Part shown: piece by piece, positions 32,661-40,159 of the stretch
How the letters are laid out: each line of letters begins with the position of its first letter
How positions within the stretch are numbered: the stretch's first letter is position 1
Virus record (IMG/VR): IMGVR_UViG_3300027891_000003
Span: 1-40,278 of that record
Reading direction: 5' to 3' (one strand)
DNA from: a virus
Length of the DNA stretch: 40,278 nucleotides
Made by a program: the position numbers and the translations under genes
Notes under the pieces: generated by a model
Database searches by the model: none
What the model was told of the DNA's origin: nothing
The model's input: the letters and a program-made list of their open reading frames with translations, nothing else

Positions 32661-32816
32661 TCATTCTGCTTTTTGATTTGAAGAAGTCAGAGCGGCCAAT
32701 ATCGCAAGATACGACTCCGCAATCTGTTTTGCAAATCCTTCTGCAGGAAAATCCTTAGACGGCCATTCAAATTTGCCACATTTCATCAGTTCAAGAGCGA
32801 TTTCTTCCAGATTCAT
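32661..32816 (-). CDS. 51-aa hypothetical protein (below the ORF-track cutoff)
   Basis: Hand translation gives MNLEEIALELMKCGKFEWPSKDFPAEGFAKQIAESYLAILAALTSSNQKAE. It is preceded by AGGA and by the conserved promoter/UTR cassette. Confidence 0.55.
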   Translation of the reverse strand: MNLEEIALELMKCGKFEWPSKDFPAEGFAKQIAESYLAILAALTSSNQKAE

Positions 32817-32894
32817 TTTTGAGTCCTTTCAAAATGGGTTTTGTGTTGAAAACGGAACGATACGAAACCTTGCAGTTTGACGCAAGAGCAGTTA
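32817..32894 (-). promoter_or_regulatory. Promoter + 5'UTR cassette, copy 2
   Basis: Gene-sense reading: ctgctcTTGCGT-17 nt (..ggtttcg)-TATCGT-tccgttttcaacacaaaacccattttgaaAGGActcaaaaATG. Confidence 0.6.
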
Positions 32895-32990
32895 TTTAGG
32901 TTGAATATGAAGCATGGATTTATTATAGGTGTTGCTTTAGGACTTGTAGCAGTTTTAGTGTCTGTTATATCAACAGCTATCCTTTGTTTT

Positions 32991-33329
32991 TTATTGATAA
33001 AACAACATCCAAAATACAAGTTGCACGATGGCATTTGTGATTGCTGTGAACACAGTACCTGCTATGAATCCCAAACAAACGTAGAGCTTGACGTTCCTTT
33101 TTTCAATGAATCTGAGACCTTCTGATGTAAGATAAGCACCTGTTAGATTCCCTTGCATTGTGCAATTCAAGTATTGTTTATCTAAATAACCACAGATTGT
33201 CAAAGAGTCAATGGCATCAATAAAACGTTTCACACGGTCGTCAGATGATAGGAAAATGTCACTTGACATTTCTCTGTTTCCTGAAGCAATGTGACGTAGT
33301 ATGGCAAGTTGAAGTTGTTGATTTGTCAT
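32991..33329 (-). CDS. wHTH (DUF2513-like) protein with hydrophobic C-terminus (paralogue C); repressor candidate, apparently leaderless
   Basis: MTNQQLQLAILRHIASGN...SLTICGYLDK...AYLTSEGLRFIEKR, then LYVCLGFIAGTVFTAITNAIVQLVFWMLF. The -10 element ends 6 nt before the ATG. Confidence 0.55.
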   Translation of the reverse strand: MTNQQLQLAILRHIASGNREMSSDIFLSSDDRVKRFIDAIDSLTICGYLDKQYLNCTMQGNLTGAYLTSEGLRFIEKRNVKLYVCLGFIAGTVFTAITNAIVQLVFWMLFYQ

Positions 33330-33335
33330 TTGCGA

Positions 33336-33364
33336 ACGATACGAAATCACAGTCAGTGGCACAA
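33336..33364 (-). promoter_or_regulatory. Promoter of paralogue C
   Basis: Gene-sense TTGTGC-17 nt (..gatttcg)-TATCGT-tcgcaa-ATG. Confidence 0.5.
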
Positions 33365-33408
33365 GGCCAGTTTTTCAATAATTTTCAGGAATTTTACCGG
33401 AATTGGAA

Positions 33409-33437
33409 TTGTTTCCGTGGTCAGGAGTTGGTATTAT
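33409..33437 (+). promoter_or_regulatory. Rightward promoter of the Cro-like gene
   Basis: TTGTTT-17 nt-TATTAT, preceded by GGAATT direct repeats (33388, 33399, 33405). Confidence 0.45.
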
Positions 33438-33481
33438 GCCGCGACTTTTTGAACATCCAGAACACACGGGGGAATTCCATC

Positions 33482-33727
33482 ATGGCAGCCGCACGTCCCA
33501 AGAAAGAGGTGGATATGAGCACTTACGCGGGCAAGTTCGCCGCGCACATCCGGCAACTCCGGCTCAAGGCAAAACTCTCGGTGGAAGAACTGGCCGAGAA
33601 GTCAGGAATTGCCAAACGGACGTTGTATGCTTGGGAATCAGGGGAATTTTCACCTCTCATAGACCAGCTACCATCTCTTGCGCGAGGTATTGGTGTGAAA
33701 ATCGGGAAACTATTTCCAGAAGAATAG
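33482..33727 (+). CDS. XRE-family HTH protein (Cro-like)
   Basis: FAAHIRQLRLKAKLSVEELAEKSGIAKRTLYAWESGEFSP is an HTH_3 pattern. Confidence 0.75.
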   Translation: MAAARPKKEVDMSTYAGKFAAHIRQLRLKAKLSVEELAEKSGIAKRTLYAWESGEFSPLIDQLPSLARGIGVKIGKLFPEE

Positions 33728-33846
33728 AAAATTTTTTCCCGTGTCTGTTTAGGCGTAACATCAATAAATTTCTATGTTTACGCAATTCCATAAAAGTCTC
33801 TGTGGAATTATTTTCAACTATTTTGCAAAACTCTGCATTTTCTATA

Positions 33847-33875
33847 TTGCAAAAGTCTGCAAATGACGTTATAAT
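33847..33875 (+). promoter_or_regulatory. Near-consensus sigma70 promoter TTGCAA-17-TATAAT
   Basis: Read directly. The -35 lies inside the second of two 15-nt direct repeats TTGCAAAASTCTGCA (33823-33837, 33847-33861). Confidence 0.6.
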
Positions 33876-34060
33876 ACCAATACAAGACTTGAGTGATGCA
33901 ATCAAGTCGGACGCCCGGAAGCCATTGTCAGGTTTGGCTTCGCAGAAATTCCAGAGACGCAAAAGACCGGATCGGCAACCCCTTAACCTGACATCAGGGG
34001 GAAGCTGGCCGGTTTTTTTATGTTGAGCCCCATCCTCTGAGAGGCGGGCAGGAGAGAACA

Positions 34061-34339
34061 ATGACAACAGCTATGGCAACACAACAGAAGCACGCAAACA
34101 CCATGTTGCACAAGCTTCGCAAGGAACTCAAGAGCAGACTTCCATACGTTCTCGTCACGGTGGAAGTCAGGAACAAAACGATACGCGGCCACTCCGTTCC
34201 GTGTTATGTGGTGAGATGGTCAAAGGCCGGTCGAGTGAGTGATGAGATTTACATGGCCGTGGAGGACATTGACCATGATGATGCATTACGGCAAACATTG
34301 ATCGATGGTGTTGTGGACGATTATGACAATGGCCGGTGA
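34061..34339 (+). CDS. Hypothetical protein (92 aa)
   Basis: AGGAGA RBS; ORF followed by a terminator. Confidence 0.55.
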   Translation: MTTAMATQQKHANTMLHKLRKELKSRLPYVLVTVEVRNKTIRGHSVPCYVVRWSKAGRVSDEIYMAVEDIDHDDALRQTLIDGVVDDYDNGR

Positions 34340-34354
34340 CGACTGGACTTGGCC

Positions 34355-34380
34355 GGGGGAGGTGACGCTCCCCCCTTTTT
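34355..34380 (+). terminator. Rho-independent terminator (GGGGGAG-gtgacg-CTCCCCC + T5)
   Basis: Read directly. Confidence 0.7.
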
Positions 34381-34395
34381 GAAAGGATAAACATC

Positions 34396-34851
34396 ATGAC
34401 AACCGGAAATCACGTCGTTGACAATTATGATCGGCAAATGCAAGCCGAGGAGAAATGGGAATGCGAGAAACGCGCGGAGGCGGAATCTCTCGGTGTGGTG
34501 TCACTGTATGAACGTTGGCGAGACATGTCAGGGAAAGAACGATGGACTGAACTCCAGTCCAATGGTATGTTGCGAGAAGTGCAGAGCGAAACTCGTGTTT
34601 ACGCATTTTGGCACGACGACGAACTCCAGAATTTATATCCACTCGATGAACCAGTGGGGACATTCGATGAAGTCGAGAGTTTCATTCCCGACCCGGAACC
34701 TCGGAAAGAGTCGATGATGAAAAGACTCTTACATGTCGAATCGACGATTTACGCAACCCATCATGCACTTTCACTACATCAGTCTATCAAAGACGAGTTG
34801 ATCAAGGCCGAAGAAACCATCAAAATTCTCCGGGAGTTTTTTACACCATGA
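34396..34851 (+). CDS. Hypothetical protein (151 aa)
   Basis: ORF with 4-nt overlap to the exonuclease gene. Confidence 0.55.
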   Translation: MTTGNHVVDNYDRQMQAEEKWECEKRAEAESLGVVSLYERWRDMSGKERWTELQSNGMLREVQSETRVYAFWHDDELQNLYPLDEPVGTFDEVESFIPDPEPRKESMMKRLLHVESTIYATHHALSLHQSIKDELIKAEETIKILREFFTP

Positions 34852-35993
34852 GCATAACACTTGAAAATCCAAAAGTCAAAAAACCGCATTCCGAATCCCG
34901 ACTCGGCACCATCGGCGGGACGGACATCAGTTCCATCTTTGGTTGCAACCCGTGGCAATCGGCTTTCGGTCTGTACCAAAAAATCATCGGAGAAGCGGAA
35001 CAGGTCAAAGACAACGCGGCCATGAAGCGGGGGCGGTTATATGAAAAAGGACTGCACGCATTTTACGAGGCCAAAAACGGAATTGATGATGTGGTTTGCA
35101 CGGTAGGGAGTCAGTATCGCGACCCGGACGATGAATTGATCGTCGATCACCGGGGATGGTTTCAGTCAATCCTTGTGCATGATTCCATCAATTTTCTGAG
35201 TGGCAGACCGGATTACGTTTACAATCTTCGTGGCAATCGGTTCGGCCTTGAGATCAAGACCGCCGACTGGTCGCAACGCGATCAGTATGATTTCAGCAAC
35301 CCGGGCAACGTCCAGATACCCATGCACTACTACATGCAGTGCCAGTGGTACGCAGGACTTGCTGAAGTGCCGCGATGGGACTTCATCGTCGGCTTCTTTG
35401 CCGGTGAAGAAATGAAATATCACGAGACCTGCTCGTTTGCATTCGATCAGGAATTGTACGACATGATGGTCAAGACGGCGGTCGAATTTTGGGAAACGCA
35501 CGTTCTTCCGCGCAAGCCACCGGAGGACGCGAAACCGGCGGAACTCGAAACGTACTATCGCAAAAAATTCCCGTGTCATATACCGAAGACATTTGCCGAA
35601 CGATCCCCACACTGGGACGAAGTCGTGGAGAGAATATTGAAACGTGAAGAGCAGATCAAGTTTTTGGAACAGGAACAACAGCTTGATAAAATCGCAATCA
35701 TCTCTCATTTTGAGGACAAAGAGGCACTCGAAACGCCGTTTGGCAACGTGACCTACAAGGCTTGCAAGGATTCGGAAGTCATGAAATGGCAGGAGTATGC
35801 GGAAATCCTTGAAAAGTGTATTTGGAAAATTGATGATGCCTGGGATGAAATTCTTGATATGCAAAGTATCAACTATTTCGATGAAGAAAATGGTGCCTTG
35901 TATCAAGAAGGTATTGATACGTTGAGAAGGCGATTCAAGATAACAAAACCCGGCGCACGCCGCTTGCTGTTGCCGAGAAAGAAGGGAGAGTGA
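34848..35993 (+). CDS. YqaJ-type (lambda Exo-like, PD-(D/E)xK) recombination exonuclease with C-terminal extension
   Basis: SRLGTIGGTDISSIFGCNPWQSAFGLYQKI is the YqaJ N-terminal pattern. GRPDYV...LEIKTA supplies the D..ExK motif. Confidence 0.8.
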   Translation: MSITLENPKVKKPHSESRLGTIGGTDISSIFGCNPWQSAFGLYQKIIGEAEQVKDNAAMKRGRLYEKGLHAFYEAKNGIDDVVCTVGSQYRDPDDELIVDHRGWFQSILVHDSINFLSGRPDYVYNLRGNRFGLEIKTADWSQRDQYDFSNPGNVQIPMHYYMQCQWYAGLAEVPRWDFIVGFFAGEEMKYHETCSFAFDQELYDMMVKTAVEFWETHVLPRKPPEDAKPAELETYYRKKFPCHIPKTFAERSPHWDEVVERILKREEQIKFLEQEQQLDKIAIISHFEDKEALETPFGNVTYKACKDSEVMKWQEYAEILEKCIWKIDDAWDEILDMQSINYFDEENGALYQEGIDTLRRRFKITKPGARRLLLPRKKGE

Positions 35994-36002
35994 CAGATTA
36001 AA

Positions 36003-36218
36003 ATGAAAAATATCGGTGAGAGATTAAAACAACTGAGAAACGATGCCGGTCTTACCCAAAGTTTTGTATCCAATTTGATTGGGATCACGCTTCGCAACTA
36101 TCAATACTATGAAGCAGATCAGGCATGTCCACGAATTGAAAATTTGATCGCTCTCGCCGATTACTATGAAATTTCACTTGACGATCTTGTCGGGAGGTCT
36201 GACAGGTTTTCGGATTAA
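36003..36218 (+). CDS. XRE-family HTH protein
   Basis: IGERLKQLRNDAGLTQSFVSNLIGITLRNYQYYE...ISLDDLVG. Confidence 0.75.
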   Translation: MKNIGERLKQLRNDAGLTQSFVSNLIGITLRNYQYYEADQACPRIENLIALADYYEISLDDLVGRSDRFSD

Positions 36219-36494
36219 TTCCTTTGCTTTTTCAGACATCGATTTTTGAGGAGGTAATTTTTCAAGAACATGGTTTCTCATATGGTCGGTGGAATCAGAG
36301 AGTCCAACCAAGTAATCCAACGAGACATCGTAAAACTGAGCCAAGTCAACCAGTGTATCAATTTCAGGACTGACATCGCTTGCCTCATAGTATTGATAAT
36401 TTCTGAGTGTAATACGAAGAAACTCAGCAACATGGCTTTGCGTAAGTCCTGAATTTATACGAAGTTCGCGTAATCGATAGCCAAATTTGAACAT
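36174..36494 (-). CDS. XRE-family HTH repressor candidate, paralogue of 36003-36218, apparently leaderless
   Basis: FGYRLRELRINSGLTQSHVAEFLRITLRNYQYYE...VSLDYLVG. The 3' ends of the two genes overlap by 45 nt. TATTAT ends 5 nt before the ATG. Confidence 0.75.
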   Translation of the reverse strand: MFKFGYRLRELRINSGLTQSHVAEFLRITLRNYQYYEASDVSPEIDTLVDLAQFYDVSLDYLVGLSDSTDHMRNHVLEKLPPQKSMSEKAKELIRKPVRPPDKIVK

Positions 36495-36530
36495 AAAAAA
36501 TAATACGAAAAAATTTCAAAAGCCCCATTG

Positions 36531-36579
36531 ATACGAAACGATGCTTCGTATATATTTATTACGAAACATGGTTTCGTTA
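36531..36579. promoter_or_regulatory. Two operator-like palindromes TACGAAAC-N3-GYTTCGTW in the divergent promoter region
   Basis: aTACGAAAC-gat-GCTTCGTAt (36531-36551) and tTACGAAAC-atg-GTTTCGTTa (36559-36579). Overlapping promoters are TTGATA-17-TATATT (+, 36528-36556), ATGGGG-17-TATTAT (-, 36500-36528) and TTGACA-17-TAGCAT (-, 36583-36611). Confidence 0.55.
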
Positions 36580-36645
36580 GACATGCTACGAAATTTTGTT
36601 GCATGTGTCAAGAGCGGCCTGTGGAAAAATAGAAAGTTTTGCAAA

Positions 36646-37497
36646 ATGAGCACAACAGAATTGACCGCCCCAGTCAAAGACCCGCGAACTCCACAGGAAT
36701 GGTTTGCGGTGCTGACGCAGGACAAGACCATAGCAAACATTGGGGCACAGATCGCCGGTAACGTCAATCCCGATCATCTTGCCCGCGTGGTCTATGGGGC
36801 GATGACGAGATCGCCGAAATTGTTTCAATGCACGAAGGCAAGCGTTATGTTTTGCCTCGCGGAATGTGCCCGGCTTGGGCTGGAACCGGCATTGGGACGG
36901 GTGTATTTCATTCCGTTCAACAACAAAAAAACCGGTGCAATGGACTGCACCATGATCATCGGCTATCAGGGACTCTGCGAACTGGCGCGAAGGTCGGGAG
37001 AGGTTTTGAGTATTGAAGCGGTGGCAGTTCGCAAAGGCGATGAATTTCAGATCGTGCGCGGAACCGAAAGCAAGATTCACCATGTCCCGAAAATCACGGA
37101 GAGCGGAGAGCAGGCTGGCGAGTCGTATTACTATTATTGCGTGGCGAAATTCCGGGACGGCGGGTATCACGTGGAAACCATGTCCCGCGCCGAAGTCGAT
37201 ACGATCCGGGAGCGCAGCCTTTCCAAAGACAGCGGCCCGTGGAAAACGGATTATGACGAAATGGCGAAAAAGACGGTCATTCGCCGCGCGGCCAAGATGT
37301 GGCCGATGAGCGTCAATGAAAAAATGACAGACGCCTTGCAACACAACGACGAGGGCGAGTTCGGCGATGTGTTCGATGTTTCAAGCGAACAACCCATGTC
37401 GATGGCCGAAAAAGCCAAAGCAAGAATGCAACCCAAGAGTGATGCGCCGTTGGACGCTGACATGTTTGACGAACCGGACGGGGAGCCGAGGACATGA
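36646..37497 (+). CDS. recT: RecT-family single-strand annealing protein
   Basis: ATG 36646 (MSTTELTAPV). CTKASVMFCLAECARLGLEPALGRVYFIPF...IIGYQGLCELARRSGEV is the RecT core pattern. Confidence 0.85.
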   Translation: MSTTELTAPVKDPRTPQEWFAVLTQDKTIANIGAQIAGNVNPDHLARVVYGAMTRSPKLFQCTKASVMFCLAECARLGLEPALGRVYFIPFNNKKTGAMDCTMIIGYQGLCELARRSGEVLSIEAVAVRKGDEFQIVRGTESKIHHVPKITESGEQAGESYYYYCVAKFRDGGYHVETMSRAEVDTIRERSLSKDSGPWKTDYDEMAKKTVIRRAAKMWPMSVNEKMTDALQHNDEGEFGDVFDVSSEQPMSMAEKAKARMQPKSDAPLDADMFDEPDGEPRT

Positions 37498-37525
37498 GCA
37501 GAAACCAAAAAGAAACGGAGGAGTC

Positions 37526-38014
37526 GTGAGTAAAATCTACATCGGGATTGATCCGGGAGTGACAGGGGCAGTGGCAATCATTGACCCGATCAACGGACTC
37601 GAAGTGCATGACATGCCAGTCCATGTCGTCCCCAATGGGAAACGCAAGGAATCGCAGGTTGATGCTACGGCATTGTTCGAGCTGCTCCAAAACACGTTGT
37701 TTGGAAGCCGCGACGCGGTATTGATTCTCGAAAAGACACAGCCAATGCAAGACTCAGCCATGACCGCGTTCAGTATGGGAATGTCGCGCATGGCGGTGAT
37801 CGCCGTGGCAGGCATTCTGGAAATTCCGAGAATTGACGTCACGCCGCAGGAATGGAAAAAGCATTTTGTCCTGCTCAAGTGTGACAAGGAAGCAAGCAGG
37901 TCACTGGCATTGCAACGGTTCCCGGCATTGCGTGAGAATCTGAAAAACAAAAATCACCACAACCGCGCCGAAGCACTGTTGATCGCGCTGTGGGGGAAGG
38001 AAAAAGGATGGTGA
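37526..38014 (+). CDS. RuvC-like Holliday junction resolvase
   Basis: GGAGGA RBS, GTG 37526. IYIGIDPGVTGAVAIID and the C-terminal NRAEALLIALWG. Confidence 0.7.
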   Translation: MSKIYIGIDPGVTGAVAIIDPINGLEVHDMPVHVVPNGKRKESQVDATALFELLQNTLFGSRDAVLILEKTQPMQDSAMTAFSMGMSRMAVIAVAGILEIPRIDVTPQEWKKHFVLLKCDKEASRSLALQRFPALRENLKNKNHHNRAEALLIALWGKEKGW

Positions 38015-38015
38015 C

Positions 38016-38261
38016 ATGAAAGTCTATAAGACTGGTGAAATTGCGAAGATGCTACAATGTTCATGTAGAACGGTGTGCAATTGGATTGATTCAGGTTTGA
38101 TCAAAGGTTTTCGATTGCCCATGTCAAAAGACCGGAGAGTCAACCATGATGATCTGATCAGGTTTTTGCGAAAGCACGAAGGGTATCACCCTGTCCTTGA
38201 ACAATTGGAACGCGAAACACCGGACGATTCATGGAAAGATCAGGTGGCGGTGAAAATATGA
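38016..38261 (+). CDS. Excisionase/MerR-type HTH (HTH_17-like) DNA-binding protein
   Basis: YKTGEIAKMLQCSCRTVCNWIDSGLIKGFRLP..RRVNHDDLIRFL. Confidence 0.6.
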   Translation: MKVYKTGEIAKMLQCSCRTVCNWIDSGLIKGFRLPMSKDRRVNHDDLIRFLRKHEGYHPVLEQLERETPDDSWKDQVAVKI

Positions 38262-38539
38262 GTCAGGAAACAACCAACGAAGTGCTGGACAAACTTGCGG
38301 CGCAGGCGTTTGACTTGGCATTGAACATTTGCCCGGATTTGTTTGTTGTGTGGAACAACGGAGGAAAGTCTGTTGATTGTTCCTTTCGCCGCTACCATGA
38401 ACCGTGCCGTATCGCTATTGTCAAAGCATTTCAGATGGGATTCACAATGGGCTTTATCGAATGCAACAGCACCAGCCGCGACGATGCTTATGATGAAAAC
38501 GATGTACTCAAACCATTAACCGTTGAGGATGTGACATGA
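38258..38539 (+). CDS. Hypothetical protein
   Basis: ATGA overlap at both ends. Confidence 0.5.
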   Translation: MSQETTNEVLDKLAAQAFDLALNICPDLFVVWNNGGKSVDCSFRRYHEPCRIAIVKAFQMGFTMGFIECNSTSRDDAYDENDVLKPLTVEDVT

Positions 38540-38811
38540 CATTTTGCGATCATATTGTCGTATTGATCATTTTGACAGTATTTTCATGTCTCCATTTTAT
38601 CCTTTTCCAAGTCGTGATGTGGAAATTGCACTATCGATTGAAGGGGGACATGCAACACTATCTTGGACGCATCAAATTTGAGTTTCGTTGTCTGCATGAT
38701 ATAGCTGATTATCATGTACTTCCCATGCTGAGTTATCTCTGGAGAAAAGCAAATGGTTGGGAAGAAGAAACTGACGAAGAAAAAGAGGAGGATGTGACAT
38801 GTCCGAAGTGA
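38536..38811 (+). CDS. Small membrane protein with acidic tail
   Basis: IVVLIILTVFSCLHFILFQVV TM helix; C-terminal EEETDEEKEED. Confidence 0.45.
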   Translation: MTFCDHIVVLIILTVFSCLHFILFQVVMWKLHYRLKGDMQHYLGRIKFEFRCLHDIADYHVLPMLSYLWRKANGWEEETDEEKEEDVTCPK

Positions 38812-38953
38812 CCGTGGAAGAACTAGCAAATTTGATGTTTTCATCTGATGACGAATTATTTGACAGCATGGACTTGAATAGTATGCATAAACTTGCAGCC
38901 GTCATTTTTTGAAGTCATTAAACTGTGGTGCAACCGGAGAAGGGAGAACACGA

Positions 38954-39331
38954 ATGAGTAACGAATTGAAACCGTGCCCGTTTTGCGGGAAAATTCCCAC
39001 GATGATTACACACCACGCACGTGTGATAACATACAATTTGGTCTGTTGTGTTTGGCAAGGCTATAAATTCAAAACGCAAAAAAAAGCGATTGAACAATGG
39101 AACACACGCCACGCGCCGCCCGTCCTTGCGTGGACGAAAACGCCGCCGACCGAAAAGGATGCGGGGAAATATTTTGTTGTGCGAATGTGGAATGAGGATA
39201 CAAAAGTTTGGGATTGTATGGCCGGTCATGTTTATAAACGGCACAAGTCCGATCCATTGCATATTAATGAAATCAGAATTGATCGATTTGTGATTTGGGA
39301 CGCCGAATTTCTCGGCCCCTTGCCGGAGTGA
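38954..39331 (+). CDS. Lar-like zinc-ribbon (restriction alleviation family) + DUF551-like domain protein
   Basis: NELKPCPFCGK...KKAIEQWNTR (Lar pattern), then PVLAWTKTPPTEKDAGKYF...EFLGPLPE (DUF551-like). Confidence 0.65.
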   Translation: MSNELKPCPFCGKIPTMITHHARVITYNLVCCVWQGYKFKTQKKAIEQWNTRHAPPVLAWTKTPPTEKDAGKYFVVRMWNEDTKVWDCMAGHVYKRHKSDPLHINEIRIDRFVIWDAEFLGPLPE

Positions 39332-39336
39332 GTGAG

Positions 39337-39741
39337 ATGATCGTGAATAAACTTGACAAAAATGGAACGCCGAACAAATGCACAAAGCCGGGCATGACCA
39401 TCGATGAGTGCCATGCTTGTAACGGAGGATATTGTATGAACGCCATTCTTTGTACGCCGGAAACACGCGACAGGATTGCCACGGCCTGTGACCGATTGAA
39501 AGAGACGTTGCAACGCAAGAACGCCGATTACGGCGACTCGGCGTTTTTGCCTCCGTTACTCACGCCGGAACTGGACGCAAATACGGCCATTCTTGTGCGC
39601 ATGAGCGACAAGATCAGACGCATCATCCATTTGGAACAAAACGCGACCACAATCCAAAATGAATCACTGGCCGACAGTTACCTTGATCTGGCAGGATACG
39701 CCATTTTGCGACTCATTGCATTGGAACAGGGGAAAATATGA
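39337..39741 (+). CDS. Cys/His-rich N-domain + DUF1599-like domain protein
   Basis: LQRKNADYGDSAF...ILVRMSDKIRRIIHL...LADSYLDLAGYAILRL fits the DUF1599 pattern (K..DYG / R..DK..R / D..DL.nYa). Confidence 0.55.
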   Translation: MIVNKLDKNGTPNKCTKPGMTIDECHACNGGYCMNAILCTPETRDRIATACDRLKETLQRKNADYGDSAFLPPLLTPELDANTAILVRMSDKIRRIIHLEQNATTIQNESLADSYLDLAGYAILRLIALEQGKI

Positions 39742-39982
39742 CAGACGAAATCAAACCCTGTTTGTACTGCAAATTTCCACCGACGATTTACTTCAGCGAT
39801 TTCAGCCATCATGGTCAGGACTCCCGTTTTTTTACACTGTGGTCGAGTGCCATTGTACGATTGCAAGTGTTATGGAACACATATCCATGAATAAAACAGG
39901 CCATGACAAAGAACATATTGTTCACAGGGACAAATGCAAACAATACCACATCGCGGAGTGGAACAATAGAAATCGTGAGTGA
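39738..39982 (+). pseudogene. Second Lar-like gene split by a frame change at a T7 run (pseudogene, sequencing error or -1 recoding)
   Basis: Frame 0 gives MTDEIKPCLYC...DSRFF, then a stop at 39888. The -1 frame from T7 (39827-39833) reads YTVVECHCT...HIAEWNNRNRE to 39982. Together they give the Lar layout CxxC...CxC...AxxWNxR. Confidence 0.6.
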
Positions 39983-40159
39983 AGGCGCAGGCGGGTTCGA
40001 TTCCCGCCGCTCATACTGGGGACAGACAGCCCGAATGACACGTCCAATGACGGGGCGTAGCGTGCTAGAGGAATGCACTCCGTGTCATCAAAGTCAGAGC
40101 AAATGCTAGGGGCTGACAGTTGGTTACTGTCGAACCGGACGCCACGAGTGCCGGAAATG

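Noticed and set aside
32907-33125. 72-aa + strand TM/Cys-rich ORF overlapping the 3' end of the minus-strand wHTH gene by 135 nt
   Set aside because: It has no convincing RBS, and its start lies just past the promoter cassette of the neighbouring minus gene. The overlapped minus-strand segment encodes a hydrophobic tail like that of paralogue B. The ORF cannot be excluded, so I list it here rather than as a feature.
33403-34026. 207-aa + strand ORF spanning the Cro-like gene and the downstream region
   Set aside because: It is out of frame with the clear XRE HTH ORF. It runs through the consensus promoter, direct repeats and hairpins, and the product is low-complexity and Arg-rich.
38799-38912. 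37-aa ORF (MSEVTVEELANLMFSSDDELFDSMDLNSMHKLAAVIF) between 38811 and 38954
   Set aside because: It fills the gap and has a GAGGAGG upstream, but it is too short and featureless to call with confidence.
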